DNA of 64,000 nucleotides from an uncultured Mycoplasmatota bacterium (GTDB lineage Bacteria; Bacillota_I; Bacilli_A; RF39; UBA660): NCBI GenBank assembly GCA_900544605.1, contig UQVP01000002.1, positions 13,709 to 77,708 of the forward strand, read 5' to 3'. Shown piece by piece: positions 57,015 to 64,000 of this stretch (position 1 is its first letter; each line of letters starts with the position of its first letter). The notes under the pieces were generated by a model. It saw only the letters and a program-made list of their open reading frames with translations, ran no database searches and was not told where the DNA came from. The position numbers and the translations under genes were made by a program.

Positions 57015-57515
57015 ATGAAAATACAAACTGGATATCTATATCATATTAAAGATGAATTTTTTGATATAGTAAATGATGAAAATTTAATGACTAATCATGA
57101 GCGTGGCAAAAAACGACCAACTTATTTTACTATAAAAGATAAAGATATATTATGGTTTATTCCACTTAGTAGTAAAGTAGATAAATATAAAAAGGTAGTC
57201 AGTAATAAAATAAAAAAATATGGTGTTTGTAATTCTATTCTTATCAGAGATATTTTAGGTAATGAATCAGCAATATTAATTCAAAATGCATTTCCTACAT
57301 TAGAAAAATATATTGACCATGCTCATATTCTAAATAATGGAAAACCAGCTAAAGTTATTAGTTCAACTTGTGATGAAATTTTGGAAAATTTTAATCAAAT
57401 GTTAAAATTGAAAAAGAAAGGATTAAATTTTTTCTTTACTGACATTGATAAAATTAAAAAACAAATGTTAGATGAGTTAAACAAAGAAAACTATATAGTG
57501 AATGGTAATAATTAG
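57015..57515 (+). CDS. ToxN/AbiQ/CptN-like type III toxin endoribonuclease
   Basis: 166 aa with ribosome-binding site AAGGAG. The N-terminus is MKIQTGYLYHIKDEFFDIV...KKRPTYFTIKDKDILWFIPLSS, and an ILIQNAFP segment follows. It sits directly behind the repeat array and terminator. Confidence 0.7.
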   Translation: MKIQTGYLYHIKDEFFDIVNDENLMTNHERGKKRPTYFTIKDKDILWFIPLSSKVDKYKKVVSNKIKKYGVCNSILIRDILGNESAILIQNAFPTLEKYIDHAHILNNGKPAKVISSTCDEILENFNQMLKLKKKGLNFFFTDIDKIKKQMLDELNKENYIVNGNN

Positions 57516-57523
57516 CCACTTCA

Positions 57524-58237
57524 TTATATAGTTTTTAAGTTTTTAATTAATTTTTTCTTCTCTTTTGTAATGCGATATGATTCATTTGCTTTCTTAATAG
57601 TTAAATTAGTAACGTTTTTACTTATTTTACTGCTTTTTAAGAGACTTAACACTTTATCTTGATAATTTATATAGGCTGTTGCTAAAAGCCAAGCCATAGC
57701 CATTTCTACGTAATATTCATTAGTATTAATACTGCTTATAGTTTTTAAAACATCATCAATATATTCATCGCATAAAAAGTAATCTAAAAACATAACAATT
57801 ACAAATCTTTGAATCCATATATTATTACTATTAACTTTATTCTTTAAATAATTAAATCCTATTTCTTTATTCTTTTTAAATATTTTTAAATTAGCGCAAG
57901 TTAAATCACAAGTTGCCCAGTTATCAATATTTACTAAAAAATTATTAGTGAGATTTAAAATAATATTAAAATCTATTTTTAAATATCCTAGTAATAATCC
58001 ATATATCGTTTTTTCTTCATATGTTTTTAAAGTGTTTAATTTAATAAATTCAATATAATTAGTTTTACTAACTTGTTTTGCGATATCTTTTAATATTGGT
58101 GCTCTAACACCAATAAAATTTATACGATTATCTTTTAATAATCTATAATGAAATTCACGATATTTTAAATCTTTATTAACGTCTAAATAATCTAAAAATT
58201 TTTGATAATTTTCTTTGTTCCAATTATATTCAAACAT
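57524..58237 (-). CDS. DNA alkylation repair protein (AlkD-like HEAT-repeat family)
   Basis: YQKFLDYL...KYREFHYRLL...FIGVRAPILKDIAK, plus the later WATCD and WIQRF patterns. Confidence 0.75.
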   Translation of the reverse strand: MFEYNWNKENYQKFLDYLDVNKDLKYREFHYRLLKDNRINFIGVRAPILKDIAKQVSKTNYIEFIKLNTLKTYEEKTIYGLLLGYLKIDFNIILNLTNNFLVNIDNWATCDLTCANLKIFKKNKEIGFNYLKNKVNSNNIWIQRFVIVMFLDYFLCDEYIDDVLKTISSINTNEYYVEMAMAWLLATAYINYQDKVLSLLKSSKISKNVTNLTIKKANESYRITKEKKKLIKNLKTI

Positions 58238-58240
58238 TAT

Positions 58241-59137
58241 TTACTCCTTACTATGCGGATGAGAACTATTATAGTTATCTTTTAAATGTTCGCTTGATAC
58301 ATGAGTATATATTTGTGTAGTAGATAAATTAGAATGTCCTAACATTTCCTGAATACTTCTAAGATCAGCACCATAATCAAGTAAATGTGTTGCAAAAGAA
58401 TGTCTTAGAGTATGGGGAGAAATAGGTGTTTTTATATTTTTTTCTGCCGCCAACTTTTTAATTATTTTAAAGAATCCTTGTCTTGTCATAACGTTACCAT
58501 GATTATTAATAAAAACATAATTATTAACGCCTTTTTTTAACATACTGCCACGATATTCATTAATATATTTTTCAACATAATAAAGGGCATAATCACTAAT
58601 AGGTATAATTCTCTCTTTATTTCCCTTCCCTATTGTTTTTAATGTACAATTTTCTAAATCAATATTACTTAATTCTAAATTAACGAGTTCACTAACACGT
58701 AGCCCTGTTGAATATAAAAGTTCAAGCATGGCTTTGTTGCGATAGCTATAGCAGTCAGTTAAATCTATGTCTAAAAGTTTTTCTACTTCTTCTTTTGAAA
58801 GTACGGTAGGTAGTTTTTTTCTTAATTTTGGCAGTTCTAAAAACTCTGTTGGATTTCTTTCAATTATTTTTAGAGTTAAAAGAAATTTATAGAATGTTCT
58901 AATAACTGAAACATTATGCGCTAAAGTGCGTTCTGAAGTTTCACCTTTTTTTATATAAGCTAAATAGTCTTTTATATCACTATTTTTTATATCTTTAACT
59001 TTAATGTTTTTTTCTTTAAAAAAATCTAGATATCCTTTTATTTCGGTTCGATAAGACTCAACCGTTAAATCACTATATCTTTTATCAATTTTTAAATAAT
59101 CACAAAAATCATTTAAAATATCTTCATATTCATCCAT
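58241..59137 (-). CDS. xerD: Tyrosine site-specific recombinase XerD/XerC type
   Basis: N-terminal SAM-like domain (DLTVESYRTEIKGYL). Catalytic residues in ...GLRVSEL..., HTLRHSFATHLL, GHSNLSTTQIYTHV. ATG 59137 follows a GGTGA ribosome-binding site. Confidence 0.8.
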   Translation of the reverse strand: MDEYEDILNDFCDYLKIDKRYSDLTVESYRTEIKGYLDFFKEKNIKVKDIKNSDIKDYLAYIKKGETSERTLAHNVSVIRTFYKFLLTLKIIERNPTEFLELPKLRKKLPTVLSKEEVEKLLDIDLTDCYSYRNKAMLELLYSTGLRVSELVNLELSNIDLENCTLKTIGKGNKERIIPISDYALYYVEKYINEYRGSMLKKGVNNYVFINNHGNVMTRQGFFKIIKKLAAEKNIKTPISPHTLRHSFATHLLDYGADLRSIQEMLGHSNLSTTQIYTHVSSEHLKDNYNSSHPHSKE

Positions 59138-59213
59138 ATCATTCACCACTATTATTGTACTCTTTTATTTTAATAAATTCAAATTATGTGTTAAAATATT
59201 AGTGGTGATAAAA

Positions 59214-60434
59214 ATGAATGAGCCTTTAGCAATAAAAATGAGACCTAAATGTTTAAATGACGTTGTTGGTCAAAAACATTTAATTGGCGATAATAAAATT
59301 ATTAGAAATATGGTAAATAATAAAAGACTATTTTCTATGATATTGTATGGAAAACCTGGCATTGGTAAAACAACTATTGCAACTGCAATTGTAGAAGAGC
59401 TTGGTTTAAGATATAGGATGTTAAACGCTGTCATTAATAATAAAAAAGACTTTGATGTTGTGGTTGAAGAAGCTAAAATGTTTGGTGGAATGGTTGTTAT
59501 TATGGATGAAATTCATCGTTTAAATAAAGATAAACAGGATTTACTTCTTCCATACCTAGAAAGTGGTTTAATTACTTTAATTGGAATGACTACTTCTAAT
59601 CCTTATCATAAAATTAATCCAGCCATTAGAAGTAGATGTCAAATATTTGAACTTCATGAACTAGATATAAATGATATTATTGAAGCTTTAAATAAAGTTC
59701 CTAAAACAGACTATTTAAAAGATATTAAAATAAATAAAAAAACAATTGAATATATTGCTAATTTATCTAGTGGAGATTTAAGATATGCCTATAATTTGCT
59801 TGAAATGGCTTACTACTCTACTTCTGATTTTAATGTTACTATTGATGTTATAAAGAATATTAATAGTAAACCAGTATTTTTTCATGACAAAAATGAAGAT
59901 GGGCATTATGATGTTATTAGTGCATTTCAAAAAAGTATCAGAGGTAGTGATGTTAATGCGGCGTTACATTATTTAGCTAGACTTATCGAAGCAGAAGATT
60001 TAGATATTATTTACCGTAGAATGAGTGTTATAGCTTACGAAGATATTGGCCTTGCTAATCCAAGCATGGGTCCTAAGGTAGATGCTTGTATTAATGCCTG
60101 TGAAAGATTAGGACTTCCAGAAGCGAGAATTCCTCTTGCTGCAACGGTTATAGAACTTGCTTTATCTCCTAAATCTAATAGTGCTGAAATGGCTATAGAA
60201 GCAGCTTTAAACGATATTAGAAGTGGTAATACAGGCAACGTGCCAAATCATATTAAAACTAACTCTAAAGACTATTTATATCCTCATTCTTATCCAAATG
60301 ATTGGGTAAAACAACAATATTTACCTGATCAAATAAAGGATAGAAAATATTATCTACCTAAGACAACAAGCAAGTATGAAGAATCCTTAAAAAGTGTTTA
60401 TGATAAATTAACTTCAAAACAAAAAAGTGACTAA
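59214..60434 (+). CDS. rarA: Replication-associated recombination protein A (AAA+ ATPase)
   Basis: PLAIKMRPK.L.DVVGQKHL, Walker A GKPGIGKTT, MDEIHRLNK, SAFQKSIRGSD, and NVPNHIK. Confidence 0.9.
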   Translation: MNEPLAIKMRPKCLNDVVGQKHLIGDNKIIRNMVNNKRLFSMILYGKPGIGKTTIATAIVEELGLRYRMLNAVINNKKDFDVVVEEAKMFGGMVVIMDEIHRLNKDKQDLLLPYLESGLITLIGMTTSNPYHKINPAIRSRCQIFELHELDINDIIEALNKVPKTDYLKDIKINKKTIEYIANLSSGDLRYAYNLLEMAYYSTSDFNVTIDVIKNINSKPVFFHDKNEDGHYDVISAFQKSIRGSDVNAALHYLARLIEAEDLDIIYRRMSVIAYEDIGLANPSMGPKVDACINACERLGLPEARIPLAATVIELALSPKSNSAEMAIEAALNDIRSGNTGNVPNHIKTNSKDYLYPHSYPNDWVKQQYLPDQIKDRKYYLPKTTSKYEESLKSVYDKLTSKQKSD

Positions 60435-60444
60435 AAAATCACTT

Positions 60445-61389
60445 TTAAATACTTAAAATAAACATTTCTAATCCTAATGAAGATTCTATATTTCCAATTT
60501 TAATATCATAATCTAAATCTGCAAGTTTTTCTAAATAATCTAATAAAGTATCAGAATTGTAATTTATTGCTTTTTTAAGTGCTAATTTTATACGATAAGG
60601 ATGAATTCCAATCATGGTTGCAATATCATTACCACTATACCCTTGTTTATATAATTCTTTAGCTTGATATATAATTCTAAACTGATTAGCAAGTATCACA
60701 AGTATTTTTATTGGTTCTTCCCCATTTATTAGCATCTCTTTATATATTTCTAAAGCTTTGTTTTTATTTTTATTAACAATTGTATCTACAAATCCAAAGA
60801 TATCAATATCTATATTTTTACTAGTTAAATTTATTATATCTTCTTTAGTTATATTTTTATCTTCATCTTTATATATTTTTATTTTATTTACTTCTTGACT
60901 TAATATATCAAGATTGTTACCACATCTATCTATCATAAATCTAATATCTTGAATACTTATGTTATAGCCTTCAAACATATTTTTTAAAATATCTGTTAAA
61001 TCATTCTTTTGATTAAAATCTTTAACTGTTCCAATTTTCTTTATTTCTTTTACTATTTTTTTTCTTTCATCTAGTTTCTCTGAATCAACTATAAAAATTA
61101 TAATTGAATCTGGATTAACATTTTTAAAATAATCTAGAAATAATTCAGGATCATTTTCATTTTTAATACTTTTTCCTGTAAAAAGATAGCTATTATTTAC
61201 AATAATGGCTTTTTTATCAGCAAAAAGGGATATTGTATTAGCGTCTTCAATTATATCTTTAAAATTATCTATCTCTAAATTATATTCACTAACGTTAATT
61301 TTTTCAATAGAATTTGCATTTAATATTTTATCTATTTCCTTTTTTATTAAATAGTTTTCTGTTCCATATAGTAAATAAAGCATATACAT
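60445..61389 (-). CDS. holA: DNA polymerase III delta subunit
   Basis: 314 aa; LLYGTENYLIKKE near the N-terminus, SLFADKKAIIV, and a C-terminal helical domain (IGIHPYRIKLALK). Confidence 0.8.
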   Translation of the reverse strand: MYMLYLLYGTENYLIKKEIDKILNANSIEKINVSEYNLEIDNFKDIIEDANTISLFADKKAIIVNNSYLFTGKSIKNENDPELFLDYFKNVNPDSIIIFIVDSEKLDERKKIVKEIKKIGTVKDFNQKNDLTDILKNMFEGYNISIQDIRFMIDRCGNNLDILSQEVNKIKIYKDEDKNITKEDIINLTSKNIDIDIFGFVDTIVNKNKNKALEIYKEMLINGEEPIKILVILANQFRIIYQAKELYKQGYSGNDIATMIGIHPYRIKLALKKAINYNSDTLLDYLEKLADLDYDIKIGNIESSLGLEMFILSI

Positions 61390-61500
61390 CTCTCCAAATT
61401 CTACTCATTTATTATATCAGAAAAATAGAGGAATTAAAACTAGTTTTCAATTATTTAATTTTATATATTATAAACGTTACAAATTTTTAAAATTACTCAT

Positions 61501-61529
61501 TTGTATTAAAATTTTTACTTTGTTATAAG
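61501..61529 (+). promoter_or_regulatory. Promoter of small-toxin mRNA 1
   Basis: TTGTAT, a 17-nt spacer ending in TGT, then TATAAG. Confidence 0.45.
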
Positions 61530-61606
61530 GCATTTGGATACATTTGAAATATATCAGGTGCCTTCCCTTTCTTTATTGTTATTAATATGGAAAGGTGGTG
61601 GTCTTT

Positions 61607-61684
61607 ATGACAAAAAGAGAATATTCTTTATTTATCATAATTCTACTATTACTTTTTATAGTAATCATTTTACTATTAAAATAA
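61607..61684 (+). CDS. 25-aa hydrophobic peptide, type I toxin candidate 1
   Basis: MTKREYSLFIIILLLLFIVIILLLK*. Ribosome-binding site GAAAGGTGG. The mRNA 5' and 3' ends are exact reverse complements, and a convergent antisense promoter is present. Confidence 0.6.
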   Translation: MTKREYSLFIIILLLLFIVIILLLK

Positions 61685-61796
61685 TAAAAGCATCTGATTT
61701 CAACAAACGTTGATTTCAGATGCATAACCCTTAAGGGACTGCATTTGATTCAGCCTTCAAATGTATCCTTTTTATTTTATGAGAAATATCTCATCT
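61678..61796 (-). ncRNA. Predicted antisense antitoxin RNA 1 (~120 nt)
   Basis: Minus-strand promoter: TTGAAA (61831-26), a 17-nt spacer with TGn, then TAGAAT (61808-03). Hairpin 61690-61723 is followed on the minus strand by TTTTATTAT. Confidence 0.5.
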
Positions 61797-61888
61797 GTAT
61801 ACATTCTAACATATTTATTTTTTTCTTTCAAGTGTATGTTTTTATAAAATTTGTATTTAAATTAACTATAATTTAAAAATTCATGCAT

Positions 61889-61917
61889 TTGTATTCGTTA
61901 TATTATTTTATTATAAT
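61889..61917 (+). promoter_or_regulatory. Promoter of small-toxin mRNA 2
   Basis: TTGTAT (61889-94), a 17-nt spacer, then TATAAT (61912-17). Confidence 0.55.
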
Positions 61918-61982
61918 GTTCATGGATATATTTAATTAGCGTTAGGTGCACTCCTTTTTAACAAAAAAAGGAGGTGATTCTT

Positions 61983-62060
61983 ATGACTAGCAGAGAAAAA
62001 TTTCTCCATATCATAATTATTCTCCTATTTATTCTGGTATTTATTTTACTGTTTAAATAG
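61983..62060 (+). CDS. 25-aa hydrophobic peptide, type I toxin candidate 2 (paralogue)
   Basis: MTSREKFLHIIIILLFILVFILLFK*. The ribosome-binding site AAGGAGG is sequestered in a 9-bp hairpin (61951-59 with 61965-73). Confidence 0.6.
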   Translation: MTSREKFLHIIIILLFILVFILLFK

Positions 62061-62170
62061 AAAAGCACACTAACGCTTCGTCTGGAGCATTAGTGTGACA
62101 CAACAAAGAGTGTACCTAACCACACGAAAGTTAAGTATATCCTTTTTATTTTATGAAGAAACCTTCATCT
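62058..62170 (-). ncRNA. Predicted antisense antitoxin RNA 2 (~110 nt)
   Basis: Minus-strand promoter: TTTACA (62205-00), a 17-nt spacer with TGn, then TATTAT (62182-77). Hairpin 62066-62097 is followed on the minus strand by a U-rich run. Confidence 0.45.
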
Positions 62171-62208
62171 ATATACATAATAACATTTTTTTATATAAAT
62201 GTAAAGAT

Positions 62209-64000
62209 TTATACTTCTTCAAATTGTGAGTTATATAATTTAGCATAGAACCCATCTTTTTTTAATAATTGTTTATGTGTTCCTTGTTCTACAATATCAC
62301 CATCATTCATAACTAGTATTAAATCAGCATTTTTAATTGTAGATAAACGGTGCGCAATTATAAAGCAAGTTCTACCTTCCATAAGTTTATCCATAGCTTC
62401 TTGAATAAGTATCTCGGTACGTGTATCAACACTACTTGTAGCTTCATCAAGAATTAATATTTTTGGATCGGCTAAAATAACACGGGCAATAGTAAGAAGT
62501 TGTTTTTGTCCTCCTGATATATTATCTGCTTCTTCGTTTAATACCATATTGTAATTATCAGGAAGTGTTTTAATGAAGTGATCAACACTAGCAGCTTTAC
62601 AAGCTTCTTTAACTTCGTTATCAGTAGCATTTAATTTACCATAACGTACGTTGTCAGCAATAGTTCCATTAAATAACCAAGTATCCTGTAAAACCATTCC
62701 AAATAAACTTCTAACATCACTACGATTATATTCTTTAATGTCTTTTCCATCAATTAAGATAGAACCTTTATTTAATTCATAAAATCTCATAAGAAGTTTT
62801 ACTATAGTTGTTTTTCCAGCACCGGTAGGACCAACAATAGCTATTTTTTGTCCAGCTTTTACTTTGGCATTAAAATCATTAATAATAATTTTATTTTTAT
62901 TGTATCCAAAATTAACATTTTTAAATTCGATATTAGTTTTAATTTTATTAATATCTAAATGTTTTCCTTCACTTACTTCTTCTTCTAAATCCAAGAAGTT
63001 AAATACTCTCTCTGCGGACGCTACAGCAGACTGAACATTATTCATAACTTGAGCAAGTTGAGCAAGTTGGTTAGTAAATGTTCTTACATATTGTGTAAAT
63101 GATAAGATATCTCCTACTTTAATACGATCTTTAATAACCATATATCCACCAAGAATACTTATAACTACATAACCAATATTACCAATAAAACTCATTATTG
63201 GATGCATAGTAGTAGATAAAAACTGACTCTTCCAAGCACTATGATATAAAGTTTCATTTAATTCATTAAAAGTATCTATAGCTTTTTCTTCACCATTAAA
63301 TGAAGATACAATATCATGGCCACCATAGATTTCTTCAACATGACCATTGATATGTCCTAAATAATCTTGTTGTAGGGTAAAATACTTTTGACTTTTCTTA
63401 ACTACACCATTTACCATAATCATGCATATTGGAATGATTAATAAAGTAGCAATAGTCATTGGAATATTAATTGATATCATCATAATAAGAACACCAACAA
63501 TTGTAGCTATACCAGATATAATTGTGGTTATTGATTGATTAATACTTTGTGACAACGTATCAATATCATTGGTTATAATAGAAAGAATTTCGCCATGTGT
63601 TTTACTATCAAAATATTTCATTGGTAATTTATTGATTTTTTTACTAAGATCACTTCTTAATTTATATGAAATATCATTTGATACTCTACTCATTATTAAT
63701 CCTTGTAAACAAGAGAAAATAGAACTAACTACATATATAATTATTAATATTAAGGTTATTTTACCAATATAATTAAAATTAATTGAACCTGTGTTAGTTA
63801 TTTTTTTCATTAATCCTGAAAATATCTCAGTTGTAATATTACCAAGAATTTTTGGACCTATTATAGTAAATATTGTTGAGCCAATAGCAAATAATATAAC
63901 AAAAACAATTGAGAGTTTATATTGTTTTAAATAAGAAAGAATTTTATCTAAAGTACCTTTGAAATTTTCAGCACGTTCTACGGTTGCTCCAGGTCCTTTT
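62209..64000 (-). CDS. ABC exporter, fused permease/ATPase (MDR/lipid-A-type); the N-terminus lies beyond the window end
   Basis: Walker A GPTGAGKTT, signature ISGGQKQ, Walker B ILILDEATSSVD, and 6 TM helices. The reading frame stays open upstream of the track start (…KGPGATVERAENFKGTLDKILSYLKQYKLS…) to position 64000. Confidence 0.9.
   Translation of the reverse strand, partial: KGPGATVERAENFKGTLDKILSYLKQYKLSIVFVILFAIGSTIFTIIGPKILGNITTEIFSGLMKKITNTGSINFNYIGKITLILIIIYVVSSIFSCLQGLIMSRVSNDISYKLRSDLSKKINKLPMKYFDSKTHGEILSIITNDIDTLSQSINQSITTIISGIATIVGVLIMMISINIPMTIATLLIIPICMIMVNGVVKKSQKYFTLQQDYLGHINGHVEEIYGGHDIVSSFNGEEKAIDTFNELNETLYHSAWKSQFLSTTMHPIMSFIGNIGYVVISILGGYMVIKDRIKVGDILSFTQYVRTFTNQLAQLAQVMNNVQSAVASAERVFNFLDLEEEVSEGKHLDINKIKTNIEFKNVNFGYNKNKIIINDFNAKVKAGQKIAIVGPTGAGKTTIVKLLMRFYELNKGSILIDGKDIKEYNRSDVRSLFGMVLQDTWLFNGTIADNVRYGKLNATDNEVKEACKAASVDHFIKTLPDNYNMVLNEEADNISGGQKQLLTIARVILADPKILILDEATSSVDTRTEILIQEAMDKLMEGRTCFIIAHRLSTIKNADLILVMNDGDIVEQGTHKQLLKKDGFYAKLYNSQFEEV

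Noticed and set aside
7737-63772. Other short track ORFs nested in or antisense to larger genes: 7737-7970, 15317-15580, 17095-17346, 19800-20030, 20251-20445, 21068-21304, 23262-23462, 24553-24852, 29949-30179, 31658-31876, 43426-43632, 44163-44393, 45487-45732, 48300-48617, 49284-49541, 52434-52625, 52869-53132, 56245-56481, 60035-60238 and 63569-63772.
   Set aside because: All of them overlap stronger CDSs with recognisable domains. They lack ribosome-binding sites and have compositionally biased translations, so I treat them as spurious.
1-64000. CRISPR arrays, transposases or IS elements, prophage structural genes and rRNA.
   Set aside because: No regularly spaced repeat-spacer array was seen. 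No DDE or serine/tyrosine transposase was seen apart from the housekeeping Xer-type recombinase. No capsid or terminase-like ORFs and no rRNA-like sequence were seen.

Overview
This is a very AT-rich chromosomal segment from a spore-forming, low-GC Bacillota genome (Clostridia/Erysipelotrichia-like). Most of it is core genome with several small accessory insertions. No transposase, integrase, CRISPR array or rRNA is visible.

Gene content from left to right:
- End of a spoVA operon, then an OmpR-type response regulator and histidine kinase pair.
- A HExxH protein and two secreted or wall-associated proteins, one carrying dockerin-type repeats.
- A ~15 kb cell-surface polysaccharide locus: Wzx, HtrL-like, GT4 and GT2 transferases, a Wzy-like polymerase, LCP, and Alg14/Alg13-like proteins. 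It ends in a GT-C-like membrane protein, a HAD phosphatase and a UbiA (DPPR-synthase-like) module.
- A ~620-nt ORF-free, G+C-enriched structured-RNA candidate followed directly by a 4-TM protein (OLE RNA/OapA-like).
- rbr, glyA and folD.
- A tRNA(CAT) followed by a ~2 kb islet bounded by direct repeats that carries an Abi_2 gene, then a proX/ybaK gene stub and an HD-domain gene.
- queH, def, ftsW-family, mutS and nusB-xseA-xseB.
- A Bce-like ABC transporter with its two-component system, and an ABC-2 transporter behind a structured leader.
- spoIVB, a radical SAM protein, mtgA and spoIIM.
- An extremely AT-rich gap where gene orientation switches from + to -, containing a dif-like 28-mer (probable replication terminus).
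- An M29 peptidase and zupT.
- A type III toxin-antitoxin locus: 49-nt pseudoknot repeats plus a ToxN/AbiQ-like toxin.
- alkD-like, xerD-like, rarA and holA.
- Two tandem type I toxin-antitoxin-like modules (25-aa hydrophobic peptides with convergent antisense RNAs).
- A 5'-truncated ABC exporter at the window edge.

All family assignments come from motif recognition by eye. No database search was run.
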